DNA from: Marsupella aquatica
Taxonomy: Eukaryota > Plantae > Marchantiophyta
Length of the DNA: 64,000 nt
Assembly: GCA_973895155.1 (NCBI GenBank)
Contig: OZ316893.1
Location: 124,001 to 188,000 of the forward strand
Reading direction: 5' to 3'
Shown here: in pieces, positions 13,048-26,900 of the stretch
How positions within the stretch are numbered: the first letter of the stretch is position 1
Layout: each line of letters opens with the position of its first letter
Notes under the pieces: generated by a model
What the model was told of the DNA's origin: nothing
What the model saw: the letters and a program-made list of their open reading frames with translations, nothing else
Database searches by the model: none
Translations under genes and position numbers: made by a program

Positions 13048-13468
13048 TGTTGAGCATAGACGACGATCGCAACGGCAAGCCCATGAACCATCCAACGCAC
13101 AATAGTCGACACAAGAGATACGTGGTTCACCTCCTTGAGGCTACGTCCACGGGAACACACAAGAGAGCTTTACTGAACTCTAAGCCCGTCGGCTATACCG
13201 AGTCTCCACAGTGTAAGCTCTCCCTATCTCTCAAGTGGCTCCATAACAATGAGCCTTGGTTCTACCTCTCCAAGCACACATGCCTCTTATGATATAGTGT
13301 GCAACTTAGTTGTACCTAACCACATAGTTGTACCTAATCACGTAGTTGTACCTAACCACATAGTTGTACCTAATCACGTAGTTGTACCTAACCACGTAGT
13401 TGTACCAACCCACGTTGTTGTACCAACCACGTCATACCTAACCTAGACGTAAGAGTAAATACCCAACA
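13048..13468 (-). repeat. 5' LTR of the copia element
   Basis: Identical by eye to 7422-7842 and followed on the minus strand by the PBS. Confidence 0.97.
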
Positions 13469-15263
13469 CATACTAGTGGATAAATTTGCAGTCAAAGCAT
13501 CCAAAACTGACATCCAGAAGCGAATATTGCAGCTTACCAAATTGTTGAAATTCATCTTCTAAACTTTTCTTCTGGATCACAAGAGAAGACATACCTGGCT
13601 GAACTAGAAAGAGGTCCAACTGGAGATGTTGACAAATTTGGAAGAAAGCAAAGCGAGTCGAGAACCTGTAACTACGGCCACATCAGAGGTTAATCAACCA
13701 CATTAATAGTGCTAACAGATGGTATCGCCCCACGAGAACTAAGATGACCAACATAGTAATGAAGAAGCTTTGTTACCGACTTGGATCCAGACCATATCAA
13801 GGGCAATGCCAGATTATAATTATCCGGTGAATCAAGTCCCAAGAAAGGCTCACCTCTTGCTCAAAACTCCGTGATAGCTTCTTGTCTTGCCTGAATCAAT
13901 TAACCAACCATAGAAAGTCGTAAGAAAGCGCGAGACTAAAACACTCCCTCCAAAGGTCGAGGCAGAACGTTGAAAGCCTCGAGGGATCAGGTGGAATAGA
14001 GCACACGGTTCACTTCCCCCTGAAACTACCATTGATTTGAAAAGAAAATAGTGACCAGAAGCGTTTCAGTGACTACAAGAGTTTAATTGAGGAATGCTTG
14101 TCCAGAAACTGCAACATATAACCTGTGCACCAAGCTCTGAAGACTGAGAAAACCGTAAACCTGCTGAAAAACTGCTACGTGGTCCACGACAAAGGTCCAA
14201 ACCAGTGTAACACTATAAGATCAAGAAAAAGACATAGGCATGACTGCTGAAGAGGAAGGAGGACTATACCACAAGACTCAATCATTAGCTGCCTCAGAAG
14301 TCAACAAACGCAAAGGAGTAGAAGACCATTTAGACCATTACTCTGTAACGGAGTAGTTATCCATCTACACGAACACAAGACCTAGAAGTTGAGACTCACA
14401 AGAATAGGCCTCCAGCGCTCCTTGTATGAGGCCGAGGTTGACATTGGACAGGAAAGCGTTTATTCTGTGCGAGAAAAGCGACAAAAACCGAGTTACAAGA
14501 CAACGTTCTTATGATATAAGGTCGACATGATCAAAGACTCTTTCACAAGAACACTCAAACGATTGGCACATACGCACATGTTGAATAAATGCAATAGATA
14601 ATGGCATGTTCAATTTCCATATAATTGAACATTGGGGACCGACTTGGACAGAATTGGGACTAACAACCTCCAAACTTCCATTAATAACAGAATCAAAGTA
14701 CCAATGCCATACAAGACAACGAGGAAAGAAAGGAAACGAAAGGACAAACAAATGTGAGAAGAAGCCTACCTTGCAAGCGGGGTGTATTCGAGGTACTTCA
14801 TAGCACTTATGGTTCATGTATCCTTTGTGAAAACTGAGAAAACTGGACGTTCCCGTCCGAGAAACCGACGGAACCCTCGCTCGGACCAATGCACTCCCCC
14901 AAAGCATCCAAATCGAACTCGATAGGTCTCAAACCAAATGATCACCCTCGACTCACGGATTCAAAATCAGAGTGCCATCATCCTTCCAATCGAGAGCCAA
15001 CGCCAGAGGCAAAACGCTCGAGGCAAAACCACGCTCGTCGTCAGCAACTGCGAGACAGCGAATTGAGACGGAGGGCAAAGACGAAACGCAATTGAGCTAA
15101 ACTTCAGTTTGCACGTTTCATGTTTCGACATCTTCACTTCTTTCTTCTTAGGCTTCTGCTTACCGTGGTACCAGACCACGGCTGCTGACCACGTGAAAGA
15201 GGAGGATGAAGAAGGGGAAAAGGCTAGCGCGGGCCAAAAAGGAAGACGAGCCGCAAAGCACAG

Positions 15264-15372
15264 CAAAGAAAGACCCACCACAACTACAAGGAATCATGGG
15301 GTGAAGGTAGGGGCCTACAAAGAGAGACCCACCACAACTGCAAGGAATCGTGGGGTGAAGGTAGGGGCCTAC
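15264..15372. repeat. 54-bp tandem duplication
   Basis: CAAAGARAGACCCACCACAACTRCAAGGAATCRTGGGGTGAAGGTAGGGGCCTA occurs twice. Confidence 0.9.
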
Positions 15373-16879
15373 AGTAATAATAGTTGTGCCGTGGCCAGGA
15401 ATGGTTCGAGCTCACCCTGTCACTCATGGCATGACACCGTCCAAAGATGAATACGGTCAAACACAAAGCCAGTAACTGGCTTAGGTCAGTCGGCCAGGGG
15501 AGTATGGTAGCCTAGCTAGAACTGGGAGGCCTCCCAAGGTTCGTGAACCCCCGTTTGCTAGTCATGTAAGATTCTAAGGCATTAGAGAGTGTCAAATTTC
15601 TCCCTTAAGCGAAGTGTTCCGGCTTTATTTACAAGTCAGGACCGTCGATGCACTGCGCACTGGATCATTCACAGTCGTAAATGTATTGCAGGTAATTTCA
15701 CGCACCCCACCGGTGGGCAAGGTACGTTTGGCAAGCGCATCTTCGGGAAGTGCGTAGTCGGCAACCTTGTGGGCTGCTCAACATGTACTTTGCATCCAGT
15801 GCTCCCTACCCTATTGCGGGTCGACAACCTCTTCGTCTCTTCGTGAGGTAGTCCGTGCACAGTGGAATTTCAACGCTCGACATTTTCGTCGTCCTCCTCT
15901 GTTCGCGGGCGAGTGTACAACCGGAGTCAACTGCATCAGAGTAACCTTTTCCTCAGGTGCTCCATTAAGAGTGCTGCTGACTGTTGAGCTTTGAGTAGCG
16001 TCTGTTGGTTTCTCCAGAATGATCAATCGGGCCCATCTTCTACTCATAATTTCTCTGAATCCGATTCTCTCCGTTGCGTCCAACTTCCCGAGATTTCCAT
16101 ATATCTCAAGTTTCGAACATCTATTGTATGAAAATGTTCTTCCTAAATAACCAGACATCTCCATGTACGCCTCTGTTATGGGAGATTTAGCCGGGACGTA
16201 GCCTGTCAAGGGGACGGCCTTCAGTAATGTTTTTTTTGCCACAATGGATCTGTCGACGGTGAGATGTTACATAGCGGGAGGGGCTCGCAAAGCCTGCGGA
16301 TCTTTAAGGTAGTTCTGTAGAAGCAGCAGGTGTTGGGTCTGGCCCCACGAGGGACGGGGCAAATTGATTAGCCACTGACGCTCTCGTGGGATTGCATCAC
16401 GGGTGGCCGCGGATGTTTGTTGGGCAAGATAGCCCATAAATTAAAGTCTGAGTCTCTGGAAGACATGAAGGAATTAATGCATGAGTCATGATCGGGTTCC
16501 CGCGTGTTGTTTTTAAAATGTAGAAAGCTTGCCCGAGGGTGTTGTTCATTTCTGTGGCACGATGCGTGTGAAATGAATGATTTCCGGAGCATTCTCATAT
16601 CTTAGGACATCCCCTCAAATTGTGGCCAACTCCGTGTGAAGCAGAAAGGCCTGTCCATGCGTGAACTGCTTTCCAGCCGACATCGTTATTTCATGCTAAA
16701 AAGCACAAATCTGAAAGATGGTTAGACATGAACGACACGATGGTCGCTTAGGTTGATGGGGATCTGGTGGCATCCTTATAATATGAGGGAATCAAGTTTC
16801 AGTAAACAATAATAATGCTTCCTCGCTGCGTAGCTTGGTTTGGGGGGAGCTTCCGAAGAAAAATGCCTACTTCTTATTC

Positions 16880-18560
16880 ATTATTTTTTTGCCTCGAAAA
16901 AAACAATATGAATTCCATTGAAAATGCCAATAAACATAAAGAGGGGCCCACATGGGGCACCAACCCAGAGGACCAAATAAGGTCGAAGTGCTAACAACCG
17001 GGGAGGCCGGTACCAGGTAAGGAGCTGATCCCCGAATGAGAAACTAAACAAGCAATTTAGAAACTACAGGTGAGAGTAGCACACTCTCAAAGACCGGCCA
17101 GTTGTCGGGTTCCGGCGAGGTTCCCAACAGTGGATCCGCGGTAAGGTAAGAACCTTATCAATCTGCCTGCAGTGCAACTCCAGAACCTGATCAGAGAATA
17201 GGTCATGGTGGACGTGGGGCAACAGGTGGAATCTGGAGGATCTCTTCGTGTATTTCCCAGAGGCCGGCCCAAGTACCAAACTCATGAGACATCTCTCGTT
17301 GAGCATCCCCAAAGGTGAGTTTCCCAATCCTGATTTTGTGACGGTGCCGGGCCCAGTCCCGTCAAAGGTAAATCCCAAGTCTATGCCACGATTTTCGAAT
17401 GACCCCCTGTGGATTAGGAATTGAGTGGTCCATGAGGTGCATATTACGATCTTTCCAGATATGCCAACATACGGTCGCTCTGAGGATAAGCCACTATTTT
17501 GTGAGGTATGTCCCACTCCTCAGGTAACGTAGCGCCCACAAAGACACGTACAGGCTGCACCTGGACAGAGTTACCTCTGGAGAAAGAACACAACAACAAG
17601 AGATGATTCGCCCATCTCCAGACAATTTCCGAGCTGGGGCAGCCCTAGATGCAGTGTTCGATATCTTCCTGCTGATTCTGATCACATCTGGTACACCAGG
17701 TGATGGCATCCGAAGGTGGTAGCTTTGGGAAACGCCAGTGCTGGGTGGCTGGTATTCTATAGGTCAGCTGCCACAAGAAGCAGTTCTCAGCAGCAGCACG
17801 AAAAGGGCGCCAGAGGTCCCGCCATAACACAGGGGGATTGGGTCTCCAGTACAGCCTGATAGCCCACTTGTGGAGTGCTTTGTGTAAGTTCCCGTGGGAT
17901 GTTCCCTGGATTTCCCTCATGTGGGCAGTGGTGGTATCCATGAATGGCCGACCATCTTTCCATTCATAAAGCAGCAGCGGTGCCAACAAGCCCTGTGGTC
18001 TCCCAATGCGGACCAAGATTTTCGTTGCAGCGGCACCATGCGTCCTCACAATCACCCTGTTCAGAATAGTTCCCATCGGAGGGGGACTGTTGTCAGCTTT
18101 GTAAAGTACCTCGTTGATGACTCTGAAGGTTCCGTTTGATGTATTCCGTGGTGTCCTGCGAGATTGACTGCTTGCCATAGAGTCCGAGCGTGACGTTGTG
18201 GGCGTGGAAGGGAATGGCAGGATGTCACTCAAAACCTCCTCGCCGTAGGTGCAGCAGAGAAAAAACCGAGGCCTCCAATCCACAACAGGTTGTGTAGATC
18301 CAATCCACGTCTCGGACAGGACCGTTTGTTTTCGCAGAAGGCACCGATCGCAGCCGCGTCCTTACGTCCTCCAGATGGGTGGATGCTTGTGGTATTGGCA
18401 GCAAAAGTCGTCCAGCTCAAAAAACCGCAACAAACGTGTAGCTCCTGGCAAAAAGCTTAGCAAAAACGCTATGTTTGCGATGTGCGTTGGGGACGTAGCG
18501 GTGAGCTGCGTGCCAATACCATAAGTAATTTCTTGACTAGCCGTGGAGGGAAGACACACA
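16880..18560 (-). mobile_element. 5'-truncated L1 LINE remnant (zf-RVT C-terminal part of ORF2)
   Basis: CFLWQLTYRIPATQHWRF...CTRC...EDIEHCI*GC is the zf-RVT pattern. It has in-frame stops and an A-rich minus-strand end near 16880. Confidence 0.75.
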
Positions 18561-20819
18561 AGAGGTGAATGAAATCAGACGGTTATTCTAGCTGTTAATA
18601 TGAGACAAGGCATCCGGGTGTCTGAGAATTGTCGTGGGTTTGAAAGTTTGACTCTCCTGCAATGACATTAGAAAGATACACGACCTCCAACTCGTGTTCG
18701 GCGAACGTACTTTCAAAATCTCCTTGAGGATCTTCGGCTGCCGGATCTTGGACTATAATACATGATATGCTCACTCCATCAATGGCTCCTGTTCTGAGTA
18801 TCGGATCTTCCACTCTGAAGAACTGGGAAGCAATACATAGATTATCCAACTGTTGTTGGAGCGCTTCCTTCGCCATTCGAATTTCTTCCATCTGCTTCTC
18901 TAAAACACTCAATCTTTCACATGCTACTGCCGCTTCTTCCCATAACCGGGCTGTTCTCGCCGTCGGTGATATGCGTCCTGTGGCTTTTTTCTGTCTGGAA
19001 ATTCTTACCATCTTCCCTCAATGAACCTCTTCGGTGTCTTCTCCGTCGAGCCCATCTCCTTGGACAATACTGCTCTCTCCGGGGGCATCCACCGCGCACT
19101 CGTCCTGGGCTTGGGCCTCTTCGACATGGCTACCACTGCTGGCTTGCACAATATCTCCAGCGGCTACTTGCTGCTGACCCCTTGCCAGGCTAAAACGCAT
19201 ATAAGGGATGATGCCGTGCAATGCATCCAATACCACGCCTCTCTTCAGCCCAATCATTTGCTTCGTTACCCAAGAGAGCCCATACGCTACCAGCCAAGGG
19301 TATGAAGGAATGACCGTCACATTAGTCTTCTCAAGGACTCCCGCCTTCCATACTTGCACCGGATGCAGCTCTCCCTTCAGCACCTTGGCGGCTAATGTGA
19401 TCTGCTCCGGTCATAGACACTCTCCAGCATCACCCACTTTGTAAAGAATGCGACATACTTCAACACCTCTTCATTGGCTGAACTTTAGTTCAGTAGATGT
19501 GATGGGGGCCCAAAAATGGCCCCAAAATACTTTGGTTTGGTTCCAATACTTTGGTTCCAATACATTGGTCTGCTATACTTTGTCTTTTGTAACTAGGCCT
19601 CATTTCTTGGCATTATGACTTTATCATTGAGCAGAATAAAATATTTTCCCCATAGTATTGTACATGTGTACATATACTACAACATGAGACAAAAGGAGAT
19701 GAGAGAGAGCATTTAATGTTTTGTTTCTTTCTAGAGAATGTTTATTGCTATTGAATCCTTTTTGTTTCTTCATTGGGAAAAGGGTTACCTACTTATGTAC
19801 AGCATCTTTGAACAAGGGTGAGTTTTTCTTTCGAAAGAATCATACTGAGAATTTATATTTTCTTTTAATCTTTGGAAACACTTAAGGTAAATGAAAGGGA
19901 TGGATATAAAAGGGAAGTGGATAATTTACTTTATTCTCTGTAATTTTTAATGTGTTGTTTTTTCTTTTTTAATTTCTTTTTCCTTTAAATGAAATGGGTG
20001 ACCTGGGACACTCTTTCCAAGGGGCTGAATAAGAGGGGCGACTCTTTGGGCTAATAAGAGAGGAGGGATCAAAAAAAGGAGGGGAGGAATAACTGTTAAC
20101 AAATAAAAAAAAATGTATTCTTCACCTGAAGAGTACCTGCTTCCAAGGGGCTAAGTAAGAGGGGAGGAAGAAAAAGGAGGGGACTTTTTGTGTTTCTATT
20201 TCTTCTTCATCTGGCTGTTTAGGACAAAGGATGGTCTTTTTTAAGAGAAATGATGGACATGGAACTCATAAATGATTGCTTTTAGATTATTTTCTTTGTT
20301 TGAGGGTGGACTATAGAGGATTAAGGGTATATATCTTAAAGGAGGGGAGGAATAAAAAGACAAAAAAGAGACATTTTTATTCTTTGGTGGGGATGGAGAA
20401 GGTTACCTTAAGGGGAGGGATAAAAAAAGGGTAAAGGAAATGTTTTTTTAATTGTTGAGATATTCTATTCTTTGAATCAGTTATTTTCAATCTTTTAGGG
20501 TGGGTGGGATGGAGGTTTAAGTGTATTTTAAGGGGAGGAATATAAAAGTTAGACAAAAAGGGAGATTTTTTATTTTTATTAATCTTTGTAACTTTGTATT
20601 GTTTTTCTTGGCAAGACTCATCCACAACAAATTCCACTTCTTTTGACTTTTATCTGTTTTTGCACAAATGAACTCAACAATGGGATGCAAAGCCATCCAA
20701 AAAGTTCATGAGAGAAGACCCAAAAGTCCATGTCTACATCATTTGATTCGTGCCCAGAGTTATATTATGCTGGTCAAAATTACCAAGTGGGACCTGATAG
20801 GGCTGTCACTCAAAATGGA

Positions 20820-21330
20820 GCTTCTAACTTCCGGATATTAATTGTACAATAAAATAAAATAATATTAATAACCTATTTGGGGCATTAATTGTGTTCATCT
20901 TCATTCTCTTATAGTAGAGTTGCCAAAATCTTATGACTTTTAAGACCATATATTTTTGCATAGACAAGCGACAGCAGTTTGGGTACATAGTACCTTCAAG
21001 AATGTAATCCATGCATACATCCTTATCTGCTAATTGTTTGCATGGTTGTGAAACAAATATTAAGGTCACAAAATACAATAAAGTGGGGTGAAAGCTTCAA
21101 GTTTTATCAGATGTGAGTTCACTCGGCGTCACTCCCTAATCAATCAATTTGGCCCCAGAGTCAAGAGAACCGCAAACAAGTTGTTGAAGACAAAGGGATT
21201 CTTTTCCATGATGTAACACTCTCTTGAACTCAATCAATTCTAGATAACTCTTGGTTTTTCAAGAATAATTGGAATATGTAGTCAATCATGTTTGAAACAT
21301 GGTTTTCATCCGCAAAATAACACAACCACC
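20820..21330 (-). repeat. Dispersed repeat related to 38430-38965 and 48405-48570
   Basis: Shares GGGGCCAAATTGA...ACTTGAAGCTTTCAC with the 38.5-kb copy and ATGGATTACATTCTTGAAGGTA..ATGTACCCA with both copies. Confidence 0.7.
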
Positions 21331-21658
21331 AAGAGATACCCACAAGGTTTGAGGAGGCGAGCAGCAACTGCCAAGCTACTTTGATTGGGAGGGAGGGTGT
21401 GGGAATTGAGGGAGGCTGTGACCTGCAGCTAGGGCAAAGGCAATGGGCCTTGCAAGGCCTCAGGCAGGCCCTGCAAACCACGGGGACCAGGAAAATTAGT
21501 CTAGCAAGGGCAGGGTTGGTGGCCATCTTACACCCTGAGTTGTGGTTTAACACACCTAGTAGCCGTGTAATAGTTCAGCCTTTGTGACCGACCCCTTTGG
21601 TCACGGGCCTGGTTATTGGACATTGTCCCGTAGTGGACCTTCCCCGTCAGAATCCCTG

Positions 21659-22246
21659 CTACGAAATCTCTGTCGGAGCCCAAGATTTCATCGCTTCTTC
21701 CTGACTGTAGTGGGTCGCGACTACTGTGGTTGGGAGTGCCCCCACTGTCCCTTCGATTCCGAACAGAGTGCCTAGCTCATAGTCGGACACTCGTATTAAC
21801 CTCTCCTGGTACTGGATCGTCACATTGTCCCCGTACACTGCGCGAATCCCCTTGTGATAGAACCGAGCTTCGGCCAAGGTTAGATCGTCGCTCACTCGAA
21901 CCATTCCCAGGCATCTTGCCTTCCGGAAAATTCCCTCGTATTGCCCAATGTATCATGATTCCGCCGTGCTGTTGGGCATTGTATGCTCCGACGTCGCCGT
22001 GGGTTCCTTGGCCATTGCACTTGCGCTTCCACAACCTCCGCGGCGGGAGATTTCCCTTCCCACATGTTTCCGTCCAACTGGGAAAAACGGGGCTATGGAC
22101 GACGGTGTTTCAATCAAAAACAATTCGAAGTTTGAATGATCGAATGACGTGCTCATGCACCGGGTTTCCTCTTCCCTGCCTCCGGCGTCATTATACTTTT
22201 GATCATCGAGCACTTCAGAGTTCAGAATACAAATGGAATGTTCCAA
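21659..22246 (-). pseudogene. Fragment of a TE-associated ORF (mobile-domain-like)
   Basis: ARFYHKGIRAV...IRVSDYELGTLFGI resembles the xxEVFGLP segment of the 56936 ORF. The frame is broken. Confidence 0.35.
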
Positions 22247-23569
22247 AGCGGCGACGGTTGATGGGTCTTCAATATTATTATTATTATTTATTATTTATTG
22301 ACCAGTGTTCCACGTGGCATACTCACATTCCTGGGCATCCCGCCAGGCCGTACTGTTCCAACCGGTAGTGTAATCCCACCTTAATTATGGAGGTATGTCG
22401 TGACGAATCGGCGATTGTCCTTTCTACGAAACGGTTTGGAGCAGTCGTGACGGCGCAGCCTCAGTCTATACGTGTACCTTGTGCAGTTGGCAGTGCTATT
22501 GCGGCTCCCGTCTCCATGGTTGAGATGTCGTGCAGGGAAATCTAAATCTATAGTATGCAATCGCGCCACAATTTACTGATCGTCTGCTCATGGAAAGCAA
22601 AAAGGGCGGGAGTAAATTCTGACCATCCATTATAATCACAAATTATTCTCACCCTTGGATCAAACCAAAAGTACTTGCCCTGCCTCCCTTGGCTGTCCAG
22701 TTTGGACTGCATTGAATAAATACACCAGCGGTAGTATTTAGGTCCTGACTATACTTACTCCACAGTATGTCAGAGTCATTGTAATTTCCTGCCCTACCCT
22801 GGGTGTACCGGTGTAGGTACCAGAGTGTATTTACATGTCAGATGATTGTATAGTGTGCAATGAGGTACAGAAGACTTTAACATATTACCCTTCCCAAGAG
22901 AGAAATGGATAGTGGTAGTGCGCAGGGGAAGGAGGGCCCTTGAGGGGAAGAGAGGAGAGAGGGGAATAAAAGGAAAAAAAACAACAGTACTGTAGATAAT
23001 GTTGAGAAATGTAACAATGTTTAGAAAGGGAGCTTTGATGTAATGAACAAATGGCTAGGTTAAAATTTATTTATTGCCATAAATAAATTCTAAGCCAATC
23101 TTGGCAAAGTTTTGCCAAAGCTCTAGCACTAAGTGCTTCATTCTCTCTACCTATTTGCACCTTGCGCCCTCAAGTGTTTGTCTTTGTCTACAACATATCA
23201 ATACCCATATTTTGTGCAATGACAGATTTTTGGATAGATAATTTATTTTTTTACGCGCATAGCACATAAACCTCATAGCACATCCCCACAAACCATTGTC
23301 TCTCTTGCGCTCCGGACTGCCCTCCCGAACAACATTGATCATTTTCTCAACAACATCAACCCCTACATCCAATTTGACAGACCAATTTTACGATTGTTGG
23401 GTTCATTCTTATTTTTATTTGTTTGATCTTTATTAGAGATCCCAGTTTTTGTTATTCCAATTAAACTACAAACCATTTAAGGAAGACTTTTTCGATGAAG
23501 GCCAATGAGATCAAGCTCCAAACAAAACAATTTTGAGACCAAGCTCCAAACAAAGCACTCTTCACAATA

Positions 23570-23931
23570 AAGTTTGATATACCCCGAAAACCCGTTAATC
23601 CCCTCATCCCCTCATCCCCACCCTTCTAATTGCATTCCCAATACACCTTGGCTCACCCATCTGTGCCTCCACCCTCCACACATCTTTTTCTCTTCTCCCC
23701 ATCTTTTTCTTACCTTGACATCTTTATCTCATCATGGCAATTTTTTCTCACCCTCAAAATCTTTACTGTCCTCGACATATTTTTCTCTCCTCGAGACCTT
23801 TTCTCACCTTCACATCTTTTTTTCATCTTGAAATGTAAAGTTTTTCTCATATTGCCATCTTTGTCTCACATCGACATCTTTTCTCTCCTTGACATCTTTC
23901 GTGCAACGCACGGGCATAGGCATAGGGCAAG
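23570..23931 (+). mobile_element. Non-autonomous Helitron 3' portion
   Basis: GACATCTTT repeats as at 1-300, a GTGCAACGCAC hairpin, and a degenerate CAAG|T end. Confidence 0.55.
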
Positions 23932-26900
23932 TAATTAAGAGACATAAGAGACGATGTTTGGGGTCATTTTGGGGTTCAGATTCGCCAAAGCCAAGAGGCC
24001 ATGTTTGGGTTTTTTGGCTTTCGCATGGGCAGGAGCCCCGGCAGGAGCCAGGAGGCCATTATTTTCGATTGAGGGTATCTTGCCTTTCGGTATTAATTGG
24101 GGTTCTGACATTGGCCGGAGACGTCCGTTGAGGTTAGGGGTATTTTCCCTTTGATGATTGGGGTATTTTGGCTTTGATGATTGGGGTATTTTGGTGTTGA
24201 CATTTGCCACAGCCAGGAGTCCATACCGGGGGTATTTTTGCTTGGATGTTTGGGGTACTTTAGGGCTGGGGTGCCATGAGGCGATCGATTCACCACCCTG
24301 TGCAGATGATGAACGCTGTGGACTGAGGAGGGGCGTGTCGAGGGACCATCGACGTTGTCATGCAAGGAGTCGACCATCATTGTGGAGGGATGACTACCTC
24401 GACACCAGGATCAAATGTCAAGCTCGCGCCAGAGGATGAGGATATCAGTGACGGTGAGTGCGCCGCCTGTGTTTTGTACTTTATGAGTTATGTATACTGG
24501 GTTGGAGCCGTTTTTGAAAGAATTGGCAATCTTTTTGCAGGGGTCACCCGCACCATATGGAAATCGATGACTCCAAGGAAAATACGTTCCAGCCTGCAAT
24601 GTGAGCCTGGAACGCACGATTTGTTGGTGGCAGGAAATCTGGTTGAGGCATTTCAGTTGGAATGGCCGTAGGTGGCTGTAAGTAGTGGGTAATTCCAAAA
24701 GCATGAAGAAACTGAAAATTTTTAAATTTTTTACGGTGTTTAGACTGCAATTATTGCTAACTGTAACTAAAACAACATTCAAAGTTACTAAGTTCCTAAG
24801 TTACGAGTAAACTCAGTTTACGAGTTTACTAGTTCACTGCTTTACGAGTTACACCTTAAGATTTGGCGACCCTGTGATCGTGACATCTTACAACTAGTTC
24901 AACGGGACTCCACAACGGATGAAGAGCACTACAAGAAACCAAAATGAAAACTCTTGGTGGGAGTTGCTCGATAGTGTGAGCTCTTTTTTGGCGACAGATG
25001 TTTTTGTTAAGCGCCCGGTGCATTGCGACGTTCACTGCCGTACATTATTATATTATCCTACATAAAACACACCTGACCAAGGATGAATAATTTGTATTGA
25101 GCTTTAGGGTTAGGATTACCAACATGTTTAATGCAAACTATGATTTTTACTGGCCCCGGTCAAAGAATGGTGACCGTACGAGAATCCAACGCACTGGAAG
25201 TCGTGCCCCATGTTACTCAACTTCTCAGTACAGGAATTCATACTGGAAATTATGGGTCTTTCACTATTTCCATAAACCCTTCAACCACTAAGGACAGCTA
25301 ATTTTATTCACCCAGACCTAAACACAGTGGCGCTATAATGAAAATAGCAACAACAAAATAAATGGAAAGATATGTTAATCGCCAAAGAAGAGTTTGTAAG
25401 TAGCATAACGATGACAAATGGAATGGGTGCGATCGTATCATGCAAGTGGAATAGCTGCAATTCCCATTTAATCAAATTTGTAATTTATGAGAGCGGCACC
25501 AGAAGCACGCAGCTGGAGAATAGAGCAACTTGCAGAGACATATCCCACTTCGCCCGTTCTGTTTTCTCGCGCCCGATGGCACACCTACACCCTATTATTA
25601 ATAAAAATTATCAATCTGCCGGGCAACTTGTTGCGACTTATGTGGAGCAAGAGCCTTGAGCTGCAAGAGACAGCCGCAGAGTGTGCTGGAAGGCCACAAC
25701 CACCGCGGCTTAGATTACGGGCAGAATGTAGGGAGGGAAGAGATTACTGTGGGTTTTCTTCACAAGAAACTATTGGACGAGCTACATTCTAGTCACAATG
25801 TCAATGCAGTTGGAGCTGTTTCCAAGCTATGTATCACATCATTCGCCGATGATAGCAAGGATGGTTTGAGGGGGATTTTGGGGATGGTATCATGGTAGGA
25901 CAAGTTTGGCTTACGGCAAGGTTGAACCAAAACAAACTGAACAGAAGAGAAGGCTGGAGTTTAAGAGGTTAAATAAGGGTTTTCTTCTGGATAGTTCAGC
26001 AACAATTTTGGAAACTTCAAGTTGTGATTTGGTACAAACCTGTGAGACATAACATAAGAAAAGGGGCTAAGGTCCACAGGGGATTCCTTGAAGTATGTCG
26101 TTAACTTCATCGGAATGAGTTTTGGTATAGAGAGAGACCAGCCACGAAAAGCCACACCACAAGGGGGATCCCTAAACCCTAAACCAAACAAAACGCACAA
26201 CATACCCCCGAAAGCCCCCAAAAGAAGAGGGCCAGGGAGTCGCACAAGAGTAGAAGCTCAACAACAAGCGCCGCCTGGACAACTAAGGTGCAGTCAGAGC
26301 TTCTTCAATAATCAGGAGTACGTAAAGACACGGGAGATGATCATAAAAAGTGGGCGGGATCAAGTGTAACAGTGCAGAGGAGCATACAGTTTTGCCAGCT
26401 TTATCGATGCCAAGAATGAGCACATAAAACTCTGCTGTGGTGAACAAGTTCTTTGCACGGACCGTTCATCCGGACTCGAGAGCCGCTCGCCAACACACCC
26501 AATCGGAGAAGGCATCGTGAGAACAAAGGTTCCTCTATACTCTCTCCTCCCATACCACTAGCAGAGGGAGAGAGCATTGTGTGAAATGGATGGGCAAGCA
26601 ACAAGGGGATTGTGAATGAAAGAGCACCAACATCCAATAACAAAACAACATTCGACATTTGTACACATAAAGATGAGCTTGGGATATTCATGGGAAACAT
26701 ATGTGCCTAACAAGAATCCCGGTTGATGTTGGCGAAGGCATCCCTGAAACCAGCCTCCCATGTCAGAAACACCCAAGCCTCTGAGGCGGAAAACACTAAG
26801 GCGGAAAACGCAAGCACTTTCGGTTCACACCTAAACACGATGCACACTATCAACTAACAAATTCCTACGCGACGATTGCGTCCGCACCAAACACAGCCCC

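Larger units (their letters stand above)
7422..13468 (-). mobile_element. Full-length Ty1/copia LTR retrotransposon (Tnt1/Tork-like), recent insertion
   Basis: Two 421-bp TGTTG...CAACA LTRs, a 5-bp TSD CATAC (7417-7421, 13469-13473), PBS and PPT, and domain order gag-PR-IN-RT-RH. Confidence 0.98.

Noticed and set aside
15495-15555. tRNA or tRNA-SINE suggested by TGGTAG and GGTTCG
   Set aside because: No cloverleaf can be built, and the hairpin plus CTAG|T fits a Helitron end better.
15590-16600. Minus-strand ORFs including the 143-aa ORF
   Set aside because: I recognise no domain and the frames are broken; the same applies to 18595-19440.
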